Assembly: GCF_018977255.1 (NCBI RefSeq)
Contig: NW_024704743.1
Coordinates: 38,938,001 to 39,002,000 of the forward strand
Direction of reading: 5' to 3'
Source: Callorhinchus milii
Taxonomy: Eukaryota
Length of the DNA: 64,000 nt
Of the stretch, positions 63,747 to 64,000 are shown piece after piece; the first letter of the stretch is position 1, and each line of letters begins with the position of its first letter. The position numbers were made by a program, and so were the translations under genes. The notes beneath the pieces are model-generated. The model did not search any database. It was not told the DNA's origin and saw only the letters and a program-made list of their open reading frames with translations.

Positions 63747-63889
63747 CTCTGACAACAAATTCCTGACCCTCTACTCTTGTGTCCCCCTTAGTCCTCTGTA
63801 GTAGTGTGATCCAGTGATGCATCTCCTCAGGAGTATCTGCATTGCAATGCACTACACGATTTGCTGTAATAATCACAAATGAATTGGAT
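63747..63889 (-). CDS. MYO10: Myosin-X coding exon (PH domain region); gene continues beyond the window end
   Basis: AG|A TCC AAT TCA...GTC AGA G|GT; encodes SNSFVIITANRVVHCNADTPEEMHHWITLLQRTKGDTRVEGQEFVVR, matching vertebrate MYO10; 143 nt, in phase with the next exon. Confidence 0.95.
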
Positions 63890-64000
63890 CTAGAAACACA
63901 CACAAAAAAGGGAAAATGTTGGATTAAAAAAGGAACATACAGGCAAGTTACAGAATAAGGAACAATGTTGTATTGGAATCCAGTTGAAGACATCGCCCTC

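Noticed and set aside
1..64000. CRISPR arrays, operons or prokaryotic defence systems
   Set aside because: Intron-rich vertebrate DNA; the recurring ~300-bp units are dispersed SINEs, not repeat-spacer arrays

Overview
Vertebrate nuclear DNA, most likely from a cartilaginous fish. The repeat families suggest a chimaera such as Callorhinchus; this is inferred, not proven. Two genes lie on the minus strand in the order known from human 5p15. MYO10 contributes its last 11 coding exons (63889->50991; PH, MyTH4 and FERM tail, all GT-AG and in phase) and a 3'UTR ending near 50110. RETREG1/FAM134B contributes a CpG-island promoter and coding exon 1 (38197->37884). I could not find RETREG1 exon 2, so 1-37883 is probably all intron 1. 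The rest is dense with L2 and CR1 LINE fragments, a tRNA-Ala-headed SINE, a DeuSINE (SacSINE1-like) family and small DNA-transposon MITEs. The most interesting signal is two copies of a ~230-bp fold-back element (16039-16274, 23200-23425) with 12-14 bp target-site duplications. Each arm carries a decayed minimal hammerhead-ribozyme motif, as in Penelope-like elements. Other points: a decayed 28S rRNA 3' fragment, a SINE/LINE shared 3' hairpin with swapped loops, a MITE with four ZNF143/THAP11-like 24-mers, and a CRE cluster in the RETREG1 promoter. Repeat boundaries were read by eye and are approximate.
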